This document shows positions 10,637-21,619 of a stretch of 64,000 nt of DNA, piece by piece. The notes below the pieces were generated by a model. It made no database searches. It saw only the letters and a program-made list of their open reading frames with translations, and was not told the DNA's origin. Position numbers and translations under genes: made by a program. This DNA comes from an uncultured cyanobacterium (GTDB lineage Bacteria > Cyanobacteriota > Cyanobacteriia > Cyanobacteriales > Nostocaceae): NCBI GenBank assembly GCA_963740315.1, contig CAVUDP010000001.1, positions 1,024,001 through 1,088,000 on the forward strand, given 5' to 3'. Positions within the stretch are counted from its first letter, which is position 1. Each line of letters opens with the position of its first letter.

Positions 10637-10671
10637 AAAAAAATCCCCCACCTTTCGATGAGGGATTTTTT
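10637..10671. terminator. Bidirectional intrinsic terminator between the convergent pentapeptide gene and psaB
   Basis: AAAAAATCCC...GGGATTTTTT stem with A/T tails on both sides. Confidence 0.75.
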
Positions 10672-10702
10672 GTTTCTAACAAGTTACTTACTTTGTTAAA
10701 GG

Positions 10703-12919
10703 TTAACCGCCTACCCTACTCGCCGTTGAGGCTATCAGGAACGCGCCATATGTCAGAATGTAACCCACGGTAAAGTGAGCTAAACCAATCAAACGACCTT
10801 GAACGATGGACATTGCAACGGGCTTGTCTTTCCAACGAACTAGGTTCGCTAGAGGTGTGCGCTCGTGTGCCCAAACAAGAGTTTCAATCAATTCTTGCCA
10901 GTAACCTCTCCAGGAGATCAAGAACATGAATCCAGTTGCCCAAACAAGGTGTCCGAATAAGAACATCCAAGCCCAGACGGACAAGTTATTCATCCCGTAG
11001 GGGTTGTAACCGTTAATCAGCGATGCTGAATAATTCCACAAGTAATCTCGCAGCCAACCCATTAGATAGGTTGATGATTCGTTAAACTGCGCTACGTTTC
11101 CTTGCCATATACCCAGATGCTTCCAGTGCCAGTAGAACGTTACCCACCCCACTGTATTCAAAGACCAGAATAATGCTAGGTAGAAGGAGTCCCAACCAGA
11201 GATATCACAAGTACCGCCACGTCCGGGACCGTCGCAAGGGAATGCATAACCAAAGTCTTTTTTGTCGGGCATCAATTTGGAACCACGGGCATCCAAAGCA
11301 CCTTTAACCAAGATTAAAACGGTGGTGTGAATTGCCAACGCGAAGGCGTGGTGTACCAAGAAGTCGCCAGGACCAATGGTTAAGAACAAGGAATTTGTAG
11401 TGTTGTTGATGGCATCTACCCAACCAGGCAACCAAGCAGCACCTGCTGTGGAAGCAATACTGTCTGGGTTGGACAGCAATGTGTCCATGCCGTACAAGAC
11501 TTTACCGTGAGCAGCTTGAATGAATTGAGCAAATACTGGCTCAATCAAAATCTGCTTTTCAGGTGTGCCGAATGCAACAACTACGTCGTTGTGTACGTAC
11601 AGGCTCAAGGTGTGGAAACCTAAGAAAAGAGATACCCAGCTTAAGTGGGAAATAATCGCTTCTTTATGCTTCAACACGCGGTCTAGTACGTTGCCTTTGT
11701 TCTGTTCTGGGTCATAGTCGCGCACCCAGAATATAGCCGCGTGAGCAAAGGCACCAGTCATCAAGAATACTGCAATGTACTGGTGGTGAGTGTACAGCGC
11801 TGCCTGAGTTGTGTAATCCCTTGCAATGAAAGCATAGGGCGGCATTGCGTACATATGCTGCGCTACCAAGGAAGTAATTGTTCCTAATGCTGCCAATGCC
11901 AATGACAATTGGAAGTGTAGCGAGTTGTTGATGGTGTCGTACAACCCTTGGTGGGGTAAGTTAAATTGTCCTTCAGTCTTGGTGCCAAAGAAGTTCTTGG
12001 CGTTGAGCATTTCTTTGATGCTGTGACCAATTCCGAAGTTTGTCCGGTACATATGTCCGGCAAAAATAAAGATTACCGCGATCGCCAAGTGGTGGTGAGC
12101 CATATCGGTCAACCACAAGGATTCAGTTTGCGGATGGAAGCCACCTAAAAAGGTGAGAATCGCCGTACCAGAACCTGTTGATGTACCAAATAGATGGTTT
12201 GCGGTATCGGGGTTAGCTGCATAAGCACCCCAATTTCCGGTGAAAAATGGCTGTAAACCTGCTGGGTGTGGAAGGGTGCTGAGGAAGTTATCCCAACCTA
12301 CGTGTTGTCCGCGAGATTCGGGGATTGCCACGTGTACCAAGTGACCAGTCCAAGCCAAGGAGCTTACACCGAATAAACCTGCCAAGTGGTGGTTTAAACG
12401 AGGTTCAGCGCTCTTGAACCAAGAAAGACTGGGGCGGAACTTGGGTTGTAAATGCAACCAACCAGCAAACAGGAATAGACCGGCTAACAATAGTAGCAAC
12501 AACGCACCAGAGTAAAGGTCGTTGTTTGTCCGCATCCCAATGGTGTACCACCAGTGGTAGACACCAGAGTAAGCAATGTTAACTGGATAATCTACGCCAC
12601 CTTGAGTAAATGCGTCGATCGCTGGTTTACCAAAGTGGGGGTCCCAAATAGCATGTGCAATAGGACTGATATGAAGGGGATCTTTAATCCACTGTTCAAA
12701 GTTACCTTGCCAAGCGACGTGGAAATTCAGGCTGGATGCCCACAAGAAAATGATTGCCAGGTGCCCGAAATGAGTAGCGAAAATCTTTTGGTAAAGATTC
12801 TCTTCGGTCATCCCATCGTGGCTTTCAAAATCATTACCCATCGCGATCGCGTACCAAATCCGACGTGTAGTCGGATCTTGTGCGAGATCCTGGCTAAATT
12901 TTGGAAATTTCGTTGCCAT
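10703..12919 (-). CDS. psaB: Photosystem I core protein PsaB
   Basis: [23 protein letters not shown]-terminus; FX-binding motif [12 protein letters not shown]. Confidence 0.99.
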   Translation of the reverse strand: MATKFPKFSQDLAQDPTTRRIWYAIAMGNDFESHDGMTEENLYQKIFATHFGHLAIIFLWASSLNFHVAWQGNFEQWIKDPLHISPIAHAIWDPHFGKPAIDAFTQGGVDYPVNIAYSGVYHWWYTIGMRTNNDLYSGALLLLLLAGLFLFAGWLHLQPKFRPSLSWFKSAEPRLNHHLAGLFGVSSLAWTGHLVHVAIPESRGQHVGWDNFLSTLPHPAGLQPFFTGNWGAYAANPDTANHLFGTSTGSGTAILTFLGGFHPQTESLWLTDMAHHHLAIAVIFIFAGHMYRTNFGIGHSIKEMLNAKNFFGTKTEGQFNLPHQGLYDTINNSLHFQLSLALAALGTITSLVAQHMYAMPPYAFIARDYTTQAALYTHHQYIAVFLMTGAFAHAAIFWVRDYDPEQNKGNVLDRVLKHKEAIISHLSWVSLFLGFHTLSLYVHNDVVVAFGTPEKQILIEPVFAQFIQAAHGKVLYGMDTLLSNPDSIASTAGAAWLPGWVDAINNTTNSLFLTIGPGDFLVHHAFALAIHTTVLILVKGALDARGSKLMPDKKDFGYAFPCDGPGRGGTCDISGWDSFYLALFWSLNTVGWVTFYWHWKHLGIWQGNVAQFNESSTYLMGWLRDYLWNYSASLINGYNPYGMNNLSVWAWMFLFGHLVWATGFMFLISWRGYWQELIETLVWAHERTPLANLVRWKDKPVAMSIVQGRLIGLAHFTVGYILTYGAFLIASTASRVGG

Positions 12920-12960
12920 AGGTTTTATAAATCCTCTGACATGAGAGCCATTTAATAATT

Positions 12961-13035
12961 TGAGTTATGAGTTGAGAGTTATGAGTTATGAGTTGATAAA
13001 ATTAACCCCTAACCCCTAACTCCTAACTCCTAACT
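12961..13035. repeat. STRR heptamer tracts (TGAGTTA / AACTCCT) between psaA and psaB
   Basis: Short tandem heptamers. Similar tracts at ~24787-24826, 33719-33740, 47782-47819, 59700-59793, 62484-62511 and 62740-62778. Confidence 0.85.
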
Positions 13036-13045
13036 ATTGAGTTTG

Positions 13046-15304
13046 CTAGCCTAACGAAAGAATTCTGGCATGGAAGAATGCCCAGGTGGTAACGATACCG
13101 CCTAATAAGTAGTGAGCTACTCCTACAGCACGACCTTGAATGATGCTCAAAGCGCGAGGCTGTATTGCTGGTGCTACTTTTAATTTGTTATGTGCCCAAA
13201 CAATCGACTCAATTAATTCTTGCCAGTAGCCTCTGCCGCTGAACAGGAACATTAAGCTGAATGCCCATACAAAGTGAGCGCCTAAGAAGAGCAGACCGTA
13301 AGCGGAAAGCGCACTTCCGTAAGAGTTGATTACCTGTGAAGCTTGTGCCCACAAGAAGTCGCGCAACCAACCGTTGATGGTAATTGCACTTTGAGCAAAG
13401 TTACCGCCAGTTAAGTGCGATACGTTGCCTGCCGCGTCTACGGTTCCCCATACATCTGACTGCATCTTCCAACTGAAGTGGAAAATCACAACCGATATAC
13501 AGTTGTACATCCAGAACAATCCGAGGAATACGTGATCCCAACCGGATACCTGACAAGTACCCCCACGTCCGGGACCGTCGCAAGGGAAGCGGAAGCCTAA
13601 GTTTGCTTTATCTGGAATTAAGCGGGAACTGCGAGCAAACAGTACGCCTTTCAACAGAATCAAGACGGTAACGTGAATTGTAAAGGCGTGGATGTGGTGA
13701 ACCATAAAATCAGCGGTACCCAAAGCAATGGGCATCATCGCGATTTTTCCGCCTATAGCTACAATACCGCCACCGAAAGCGTAGCTCACGGGTTCTAATG
13801 CATTAGGTGCAGTGCCACCAGGTGCCAAGGTGTGTAAGTTTTGTACCCACTGGGCAAACACTGGCTGCAATTGAATTGCCGTATCCGAGAACAAATCTTG
13901 GGGACGACCCAAAGCACGCATGGTGTCGTTGTGAATGTATAGTCCAAAGCTGTGGAAGCCTAAGAATATACATACCCAGTTCAAGTGAGAGATAATCGCA
14001 TCTCTATGGCGAAGTACCCGATCCAAAAGGTTGTTTTGGTTCACTACTGGGTCGTAATCACGAACCATGAAAATAGCAGCGTGTGCCGCACCACCGACGA
14101 TACAAAAAGCGCCAATCCACATATGGTGAGTGAAGATACACAACTGAGTTGCATAGTCAGTTGCCAAATATGGATAAGGAGGCATCGCGTACATATGGTG
14201 CGCGATAATAATCGTCAGCGAACCCAAGAAGGCAAGGTTTGTTGCCAATTGAGCGTGCCAAGATGTGGTCATGTTTTCATAAAGTCCCGTATGACCTTCG
14301 CCAGTGAAGGGTCCTTTATGATTTTCCAAAATGGTCTTGATGCTATGACCGATACCCCAATTGGTACGGTACATATGACCGGCAACGATGAACACTACCG
14401 CGATCGCCAAGTGGTGATGGGCAATGTCTGTCATCCATAAACCGCCAGTCACGGGGCTTAAGCCGCCTTTGAAGGTCAAAATATCTGCATATTGACCCCA
14501 GTTCAAGGTGAAGAAAGGCGCTAATCCGTTAGCAAAGCCTGGATAAAGCTCTGTCAACAGGTCTTTGTTCAAGATGAACTCATGAGGCAGCGGCACGTCT
14601 TTGAGGGGGACTCCCGCATCTAACAACTTGTTAGTTGGTGCAGATACGTGGATTATGTGCCCAGCCCAGCCCAAGGAACCACAACCCAACAACACTGATA
14701 AGTGGTGGTTGAGCATCGACTCCACATTTTGGAACCATTCCAATTTGGGAGCGCGTTTGTGATAGTGGAACCAACCGGCAAATAGCATCAAACCTGCCAT
14801 TACCAAGCCACCAATGGCGGTGCAGTATAGCTGGAATGAGTTGGTTATACCCCAACCACGCCATATCTGGAATAAACCGCTGGTGATTTGAATTCCGTGG
14901 AATCCACCACCAACATCACCATTTAAAATTTGTTGACCAACTACGGGCCAAACTACTTGGGCGCTTGGCTTGATATTTAACGGGTCCATTAACCAAGCTT
15001 CGTAGTTGGAAAAACGTGCGCCGTGGAATATCATCCCGCTCAGCCAGATAAATACTATGGACAAATGTCCAAAGTGGGCTGCGAATACCTTACGGGATAC
15101 ATCTTCTAAATCGCTTGTATGTGAATCAAAATCGTGGGCGAGTGCGTGCAGGTTCCAAATCCAGGCTGTGGTTTTTGGACCTTTAGCAAGAGTTCTGTCG
15201 AAATGTCCTGGTTTGCCCCATCGCTCGAACGAGGTTGGTACCGGGTCATTGTCAACGACGATTCTTGCTTTCTTTTCCTCTCGCTCCGGAGGACTAATTG
15301 TCAT
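13046..15304 (-). CDS. psaA: Photosystem I core protein PsaA
   Basis: [10 protein letters not shown]-terminus; [15 protein letters not shown] motif; upstream GAGAGGAGG RBS. Confidence 0.99.
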   Translation of the reverse strand: MTISPPEREEKKARIVVDNDPVPTSFERWGKPGHFDRTLAKGPKTTAWIWNLHALAHDFDSHTSDLEDVSRKVFAAHFGHLSIVFIWLSGMIFHGARFSNYEAWLMDPLNIKPSAQVVWPVVGQQILNGDVGGGFHGIQITSGLFQIWRGWGITNSFQLYCTAIGGLVMAGLMLFAGWFHYHKRAPKLEWFQNVESMLNHHLSVLLGCGSLGWAGHIIHVSAPTNKLLDAGVPLKDVPLPHEFILNKDLLTELYPGFANGLAPFFTLNWGQYADILTFKGGLSPVTGGLWMTDIAHHHLAIAVVFIVAGHMYRTNWGIGHSIKTILENHKGPFTGEGHTGLYENMTTSWHAQLATNLAFLGSLTIIIAHHMYAMPPYPYLATDYATQLCIFTHHMWIGAFCIVGGAAHAAIFMVRDYDPVVNQNNLLDRVLRHRDAIISHLNWVCIFLGFHSFGLYIHNDTMRALGRPQDLFSDTAIQLQPVFAQWVQNLHTLAPGGTAPNALEPVSYAFGGGIVAIGGKIAMMPIALGTADFMVHHIHAFTIHVTVLILLKGVLFARSSRLIPDKANLGFRFPCDGPGRGGTCQVSGWDHVFLGLFWMYNCISVVIFHFSWKMQSDVWGTVDAAGNVSHLTGGNFAQSAITINGWLRDFLWAQASQVINSYGSALSAYGLLFLGAHFVWAFSLMFLFSGRGYWQELIESIVWAHNKLKVAPAIQPRALSIIQGRAVGVAHYLLGGIVTTWAFFHARILSLG

Positions 15305-15771
15305 TCGACCTCCTCTCTATAAAAAGGACTGAGGATTTATTCCACTAGTTGTCTTTACATCAGAGATTTCACGCCGGAGCGTTTCCAACTCATATGCTTT
15401 TTTCAGCAGTAAGGACTCTATGCGGTTTATTGCTTTCTCGTTGAATTATAAAGTCATATATCCCCTATTGTGAGCCTTAAATTAACAATAATTAAAACTT
15501 CGATAATTTTTGCCTTATCAACCTTTCAATGTTTTGCCTTGGCCAAAAAGTCAATAGTCTCTATATTTTTTTTACAATTAGCAACAATTGATATATTTCA
15601 TACCTCTATTACCATCTGAGGTCATGAATACGCGATCGCTAATGACTGTTTTCTCATCATAGTTACAATGCCTGAAACAACCAATTGGTAGAGGTTTGAC
15701 AATAAACATCAATCAAATATACAGCTAAAACTTATACTTCCGATAAACATATAGATATCAATCAAAATCTA

Positions 15772-15789
15772 AATGTAAATTATTGTAAA
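15772..15789 (-). promoter_or_regulatory. HLR1-like (RpaB-type) direct repeat upstream of psaA
   Basis: Minus strand reads TTTACAAT-AA-TTTACATT, matching (G/T)TTACA(T/A)(T/A)-N2-(G/T)TTACA(T/A)(T/A). PSI genes are established RpaB targets. Confidence 0.55.
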
Positions 15790-16104
15790 TAGATATTTTT
15801 AAGTATAGATTTTATGCATTGCACTCCTAAAGAAAAAATAGATAAAATATAAAGTTTTTTATCATTAAGCTGTTTAGCCCGGTGTCAAAATATAGGAATC
15901 GAGTTTAATTTACAAATTACTTGTGAATATTGGGAAGGGGGAAGAGAAATGCTGAGTATTAAAGAAAATTAAATTTATAGTTGATTTTTAACTGCTGTTG
16001 CAGAAACCGAGTTTCTCCGGCGATAAAAAACCCGGTTTAATAGGACTTAGTGTTATAGGATGATTCGAGTCAAGATATAAGTTGTTGAGTATACCGGGTG
16101 GAAT

Positions 16105-18078
16105 ATGATGAACTCATGGTTGATGAAAGCGTTAATAAAGCTGATTCGGAAGAGATACGCGCTATTTAAGAGCTTAATTATAGGTGTGCTGGTATTAAGT
16201 TTAACTGCGTGTGGTGGTAAAGCAGCTAGTCAGGATGCATCGATTCAGTTATCTGAAAAACCAGTACAAGAAAAAAACGCGCAACTTTCCAGCAAAATCT
16301 CCGAAGTTGCACCCCCCGAAGTTATTCAAGAATTACGTCAAACTGTAGAAAATTATCAGCCACAGGTACAAATACTCAACCCTCAACCAGATGAGGTATT
16401 ACAAGAAGATAAATTAAAAGTTCGCTTACAAGTTAAAGATTTACCGATATTCAAAGACGCACAATACAAATTAGGTTCGCATTTAGAGGTAATTTTAGAT
16501 AATCAACCCGGATTAGAAATCTACGATCTAAACCAACCTTTGGAGTTATCGGATTTATCTCCGGGTACTCATACATTACGTGTATTTGCTTCTCGTGCTT
16601 GGCATGAAAGCTTTAAAAATGCAGGTGCCTACGCTCAAACCACTTTTCACGTATTTACCAAGAGCGATGACAACAATCCAGATACGAGCCTGCCAATATT
16701 AACTTACAACAGCCCCGAAGGTAGTTATGGTGCAGAACCGATTTTAGTTGATTTTTATTTAACCAACGCTCCCTTACATATTCTGGCTAAAGATAATCCC
16801 GATAGCGCGATCGCAGATTGGCGAATTCGCTGCACCATTAACGGTGAAAGTTTTATTATTGATAGATGGCAATCTTTATATCTTAAAGGTTTTAACTCAG
16901 GTCAAAATTGGGTAAAACTAGAATTTCTAGATAATCAAGGTAATCCAGTTAAAAACGCTTTTAACAGTACCGTTAGAGTGATTAATTATGAAGCTAAAGG
17001 TAAAGATACTCTTGCAAAAATCGTTCGAGGAGAACTTTCATCTGAAGATTTACGTGGAATTGTAGATTCAGATTATGCAGTTAAAGTACCAACAGAAGTA
17101 ACTCCCGAAAATATTCAAGAAGAATCAGGTGGATTTTTCGATCGATTTAAGCGTGGTGAAGATAAAACACCAACTCCACAACCCGAAAGTACTTTAAAAC
17201 CAATTCCAGAAGTAATCGAAACACCGGAATTAGAAACTCCTTTAGAAGAAACAATTCCAGAAGTAATCGAAACACCGGAATTAGAAACTACTTTAGAAGA
17301 AACAATTCCAGAAGTAATCGAAACACCGGAATTAGAAACTCCTTTAGAAGAAACAATTCCAGAAGTAATTGAAACTCCTTTAGAAGAAAGCGATCGAGAA
17401 AAACCAGAAACAGAATCAAAACCAGAAGGATTTTTTAATAGATTCAAGCGTGGTGAAGCAGAAGAATCTAAACCTAGTGGATTTTTCAATAGATTTAAGC
17501 GTCGGGAAGAAGATAACAAACCAATTCCAGAAGTTATCAAAACTCCCACACAACAGGTAACACCAATTCCAAAAATAGAACTCAAACCTGAAGAAGTAAC
17601 ACCAATTCCAGTTACACCTCAACTTAAAGATTCAGAAGATGGATATTTTAATCAATTCGAGAATGGTGAAGAAGAAATTACACCTCAAGCAGAAGAATCA
17701 GAACCTGGTGGATTCTTTAATAGATTTAAACGTCGGGAAGAAGATAACAAACCAATTCCAGAAGTTATCAAAACTCCCACACAACAGATAACACCAATTC
17801 CAAAATTAGAAGAGCAACCTGAACTAAAAATAGAATCAACTCCAGAATTGCCACCTACATTACCCGAAATTGTCGAACCTTTAGAAAATCAACCTCCAGT
17901 AACGCAACCGGATATATTAGAACCTCGAATTGAAATAACTCCAGAAGCGAAATCTACAACTAAGAAATTAGGGGAATATTTTAATCTTCCTCAACGTGTA
18001 ACTCCCGTACCAACACCTGATATTGAAGTACCATCTGTACCCGTAATTGAACAGCCAAGTGAAGAATTAGTGAATTAA
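16105..18078 (+). CDS. Putative lipoprotein with a conserved N-terminal domain and an acidic Pro/Glu repeat tail
   Basis: Lipobox LTAC (Cys36 from 16105; true start may be later), PGTHTLRVFASRAWHESFK motif, 17-aa tandem repeats. Confidence 0.75.
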   Translation: MMNSWLMKALIKLIRKRYALFKSLIIGVLVLSLTACGGKAASQDASIQLSEKPVQEKNAQLSSKISEVAPPEVIQELRQTVENYQPQVQILNPQPDEVLQEDKLKVRLQVKDLPIFKDAQYKLGSHLEVILDNQPGLEIYDLNQPLELSDLSPGTHTLRVFASRAWHESFKNAGAYAQTTFHVFTKSDDNNPDTSLPILTYNSPEGSYGAEPILVDFYLTNAPLHILAKDNPDSAIADWRIRCTINGESFIIDRWQSLYLKGFNSGQNWVKLEFLDNQGNPVKNAFNSTVRVINYEAKGKDTLAKIVRGELSSEDLRGIVDSDYAVKVPTEVTPENIQEESGGFFDRFKRGEDKTPTPQPESTLKPIPEVIETPELETPLEETIPEVIETPELETTLEETIPEVIETPELETPLEETIPEVIETPLEESDREKPETESKPEGFFNRFKRGEAEESKPSGFFNRFKRREEDNKPIPEVIKTPTQQVTPIPKIELKPEEVTPIPVTPQLKDSEDGYFNQFENGEEEITPQAEESEPGGFFNRFKRREEDNKPIPEVIKTPTQQITPIPKLEEQPELKIESTPELPPTLPEIVEPLENQPPVTQPDILEPRIEITPEAKSTTKKLGEYFNLPQRVTPVPTPDIEVPSVPVIEQPSEELVN

Positions 18079-18084
18079 TCAACA

Positions 18085-18540
18085 GTGGATTTCATCATAG
18101 AAAAACCTGTTTTAGAAAAAGGGAGCGTTTGTAAAGAAATACTGCGCTCCCTACCTCAATGGTTTGGAATTGAAGCAGCAATTATTCAATATGTAAAAGA
18201 TATCGAACAACTTCCGACATTTGTTGCGATCGCAGATAATAAAACCGTAGGATTTTTGACAATTAAACAACACAATCAATTTGCTGCTGAAATATACGTT
18301 ATGGGTGTACTTCCTCAAGTACATCGAAAGGGTATTGGACGTAATTTAGTCGAAGCAGAAAAATTTCTTAAACAAAATGACGTAGAATATTTGCAAGTTA
18401 AAACTCTTGGTGAATCGCATCCAGATAAATATTATGGATTAACAAGAGATTTTTATTTCAAAATGGGATTTAAACCAATTGAAGAATTTGATCGAATTTG
18501 GGATGATAATCCTTGTTTGTTGATGATTAAAGGTTTGTAG
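18085..18540 (+). CDS. GNAT family N-acetyltransferase
   Basis: V.PQVHRKGIG acetyl-CoA motif and FYFKMGF; GTG start. Confidence 0.85.
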   Translation: MDFIIEKPVLEKGSVCKEILRSLPQWFGIEAAIIQYVKDIEQLPTFVAIADNKTVGFLTIKQHNQFAAEIYVMGVLPQVHRKGIGRNLVEAEKFLKQNDVEYLQVKTLGESHPDKYYGLTRDFYFKMGFKPIEEFDRIWDDNPCLLMIKGL

Positions 18541-18867
18541 TAAGACGGTGCGTTAGCCGCCAAACATAATTATTTTGTTATCATCCCAATTACCTATCGC
18601 GGCATAACACACCCTACAAATTCCCTATTCCCTATTTATAAATGTCTTGCATTCGGTTGTAGAGAAATTCCTTTTTCATATTTTACTTTCTTTTTACTTC
18701 TTTCCTCTGCGCTCTCTGTGTCTAGTAAGGTTTTTTCTTAATCATTTTGTAGTAAGACGGTGCGTTAGCCGCCAAACATAATTATTTTGTTATCATCCCA
18801 ATTACCTATCGCGGCATAACACACCCTACAAATTCCCAATTCCCTATTTATAAATGTCTCGTATTCG
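18534..18867 (+). repeat. ~122-bp direct duplication (18534-18655 and 18746-18867) containing a GGTGCGTTA...TAACACACCCTAC element
   Basis: Two near-identical copies 212 bp apart, both ending in the first codons of the downstream gene. Confidence 0.9.
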
Positions 18868-20266
18868 CGCACCGGAATTACCACAATATTATTCTTGGTT
18901 AAATACTGAAAAACCTTTTTCGTTAAAACAACTTAGGGGTAGAGTGGTAATTCTTGATTTTTGGACTTATTGCTGTATTAATTGTCTGCACGTTTTACCG
19001 GATTTAAAATATCTCGAACAAAAATACAAAGATAGCATTACGGTTATTGGGGTACATTCGGGTAAATTCGATAATGAAAAGGAAACCGAAAATATTCGTC
19101 AAGCCGTTTTACGTTACGATATCGAACATCCCGTTTTAATTGATAAGGATTTTCGAGTTTGGCAAGAATATGCTGTAAAGGCTTATCCTACTTTTGCGAT
19201 AATCGATCCGCAAGGTTATGTGGTAGCTTCGTTAATAGGTGAAGGTAAACGTCAGATTTTAGATGAGTTAATTTCAAAGTTAATTCAACTGCATCAATCA
19301 AAGGGTACGATTGATTTTCAAGAATTTGATTTAATTTTAGAAAAAGATAAAACACCTTTAATTACACCTTTAGCTTTTCCCGGTAAGGTTTTAGCCGCTG
19401 ATTCTAAATTATTCGTCGCTGATTCTGGGCATCATCGTATTGTTGTCAGTAATTTAGAGGGTAACGTTTTACATTTAATTGGTAGCGGTACTGGTTTTAA
19501 AGATGGTAATTTCGAGGATGCAAAATTTTTCGCACCTCAAGGAATGGCTTTTGATGAAGTTGATAATATTTTGTATGTAGCCGATACAGAAAATCATGCA
19601 ATTCGCAAAGTTGATTTCAATCATCAAAAAGTAGAAACTATTGCTGGTATTAAAGAAAGTCTAAATTCTCCTTGGGATTTAGTTTTGGGAAATAAGCTAT
19701 TTATTGCAATGGCTGGCTGTCATCAAATTTGGGAATTAGATTTAGTAACCAATATTATTAAAAACTACGCTGGTAGAGGTGCGGAATCTTGTTTTGATGG
19801 TTCGCTTTTTGAATCTGCTTTTGCTCAACCTAGCGGTATTGCTATTAATGGTAGTGAATTATATATTGCTGATAGTGAAGTTAGTTCGATTCGCGGAATT
19901 AATTTAGAGACGCAGCAAGTAAGAACAATTTGCGGTAGCGGCGATTTAAATGCTTTTGGTGATGTTGATGGGCAAGGTTTTGATGTCAGATTGCAGCATT
20001 GTTTGGGAATAGAATATGCTGATGGTAATTTGTGGGTTGCCGATACGTATAACCACAAAATTAAATTAGTAAATCCGGTTACGGGTAATTGTAAAAGTTT
20101 TTTGGAAGATGCTTTTTCTGAGCCTTCGGGTTTAAGTATTTTTGAGAATTATTTATATATAGCTGATACGAATAATCATGCAATTCGTAAAGTTGGTTTA
20201 GATACTTTGGTAGTGGAAACTATGGAATTTGATGGTTTGTGTGCTACTTATGTTTGTATTTTTTAA
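18854..20266 (+). CDS. Thioredoxin-like plus NHL-repeat protein (SOQ1/NHLRC2-like)
   Basis: DFWTYCCINC motif followed by NHL repeats (LYVADTENHAIRK, LWVADTYNHKIK). Confidence 0.9.
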   Translation: MSRIRAPELPQYYSWLNTEKPFSLKQLRGRVVILDFWTYCCINCLHVLPDLKYLEQKYKDSITVIGVHSGKFDNEKETENIRQAVLRYDIEHPVLIDKDFRVWQEYAVKAYPTFAIIDPQGYVVASLIGEGKRQILDELISKLIQLHQSKGTIDFQEFDLILEKDKTPLITPLAFPGKVLAADSKLFVADSGHHRIVVSNLEGNVLHLIGSGTGFKDGNFEDAKFFAPQGMAFDEVDNILYVADTENHAIRKVDFNHQKVETIAGIKESLNSPWDLVLGNKLFIAMAGCHQIWELDLVTNIIKNYAGRGAESCFDGSLFESAFAQPSGIAINGSELYIADSEVSSIRGINLETQQVRTICGSGDLNAFGDVDGQGFDVRLQHCLGIEYADGNLWVADTYNHKIKLVNPVTGNCKSFLEDAFSEPSGLSIFENYLYIADTNNHAIRKVGLDTLVVETMEFDGLCATYVCIF

Positions 20267-20455
20267 ACGCAAAGTAACGCTAAGGTAAACGCGAAGTAGC
20301 GCAGAGTTTTTAGATAGATGTTGCGTAATTATGTAACTTCAATATCAATATTATAACTTAGTTGTTGTCAGCAAATTGGCAGATTTTCTTAATAGATCGG
20401 TTTAAATTATAAGGATAACAGCCTTTTTAACTGGTTTATTTTAAGTCATATTAAT

Positions 20456-20890
20456 ATGAACGGTAATTTTATACTTTTAGAATCGGATGATGTTGTACTT
20501 TTAGGAGAAGATACTTTTAAAGTTAGTAGAATTGAGCAGTTAGTTGAAGAAAATATTAAAGAGAAATTGCAAAGACATATTTATGAATATAATAGCTTTC
20601 ATCCCGGTGCTTCGATGTTGGAGTTTTTCAGCAGTATACCTATTGGTAAGACAAAAATAAATTTAGCTGAAATTAAACATGAATATATTCAAAATTGCCA
20701 AGTTTTGAGAAGTAGCGGGCAAGGTTGGGAGAAAGGAAAGCTGAAAATAGAAATACGAATATTGCCTGCAAATAACTATGAAAGCCAAATAAATTTAACA
20801 TTTTTACCAGATGAGCCTATAGAATATGAAGCTTTTTTAGATGATATTTTTCAGATAGTTTCCGATAATCCAATTAGCAATCGCAAATAG
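20456..20890 (+). CDS. KGK domain-containing protein
   Basis: CQVLRSSGQGWEKGKLKI and F.PDEP...LDDI pattern. Confidence 0.8.
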   Translation: MNGNFILLESDDVVLLGEDTFKVSRIEQLVEENIKEKLQRHIYEYNSFHPGASMLEFFSSIPIGKTKINLAEIKHEYIQNCQVLRSSGQGWEKGKLKIEIRILPANNYESQINLTFLPDEPIEYEAFLDDIFQIVSDNPISNRK

Positions 20891-20924
20891 GTATGTTACC
20901 TATAATTTTTTAAATTTTAATTAT

Positions 20925-21533
20925 ATGTTAAATAAATTAAAACAAGTCAAAGCGGCTTTAGCTTATAAAAACTCTCAAAATTTTGGCGATTTTGCTATTT
21001 TAAAGTCGGATATTTTGGGTGCGAAAGTTTCTTTAGAAGTTGCTGATAAATTGCAAAATGTAGTGGGATATTATCCGCAAATTGATTTAAACAAATTAAT
21101 TGAATATCCAGAAGGTAGTTTTGGTAGAGAATATGCAGAGCATATGAAGAGAAACAACCTTCAAACACTTAATATTAGTCCCGAATTAGACGATGTTGCT
21201 CAACGTAATGTTTTTGCTTTGCGATATGTTATTACTCATGATATTTTTCATGTTTTACTTGGTTTTGATACCAGTTATGCCGGAGAAATTGGAGTACTAG
21301 CATTTGCTGCTGCACAAAATTATAGTAAGTCTTTAAAAGTTAGCTTCTGGTTTGCTAAGTTGCTTTATCCAATAATTGCACCCCGACAAGTTAAAGCAAT
21401 TTTTACAAATCAGCGAAAAGGGCAAGAATTAGCTAGAAATGCTAAGTTTGTGTTGGGATATCGCTTTGAAGAACATTGGAATCAATCTTTAGATAAAGTT
21501 AGGGAAGATTTGGGATTACCGCAAATTCAATAA
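20925..21533 (+). CDS. Coq4 family protein
   Basis: PEGSFGREY and HDIFHVLLGF...GE metal motif. Confidence 0.8.
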   Translation: MLNKLKQVKAALAYKNSQNFGDFAILKSDILGAKVSLEVADKLQNVVGYYPQIDLNKLIEYPEGSFGREYAEHMKRNNLQTLNISPELDDVAQRNVFALRYVITHDIFHVLLGFDTSYAGEIGVLAFAAAQNYSKSLKVSFWFAKLLYPIIAPRQVKAIFTNQRKGQELARNAKFVLGYRFEEHWNQSLDKVREDLGLPQIQ

Positions 21534-21619
21534 TTATCTTGATAATATTCTATTTTTGGTAATAAGGGCTAAAGCCCCTACTACAAACCTAACATTGCGA
21601 TCGCATTGCCAAGCCTTAA

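Noticed and set aside
10703..15304. Far-red (FaRLiP) psaA2/psaB2 cluster
   Set aside because: The sequences look like standard Nostocales PsaA/PsaB, and no rfpABC, chlF or paralogous apc/psb genes are adjacent.
11966..15332. Short antisense and alternate-frame ORFs over psaA/psaB (likewise over dnaK, ppx and other long genes)
   Set aside because: Shadow ORFs of codon-biased genes with no recognisable motifs.
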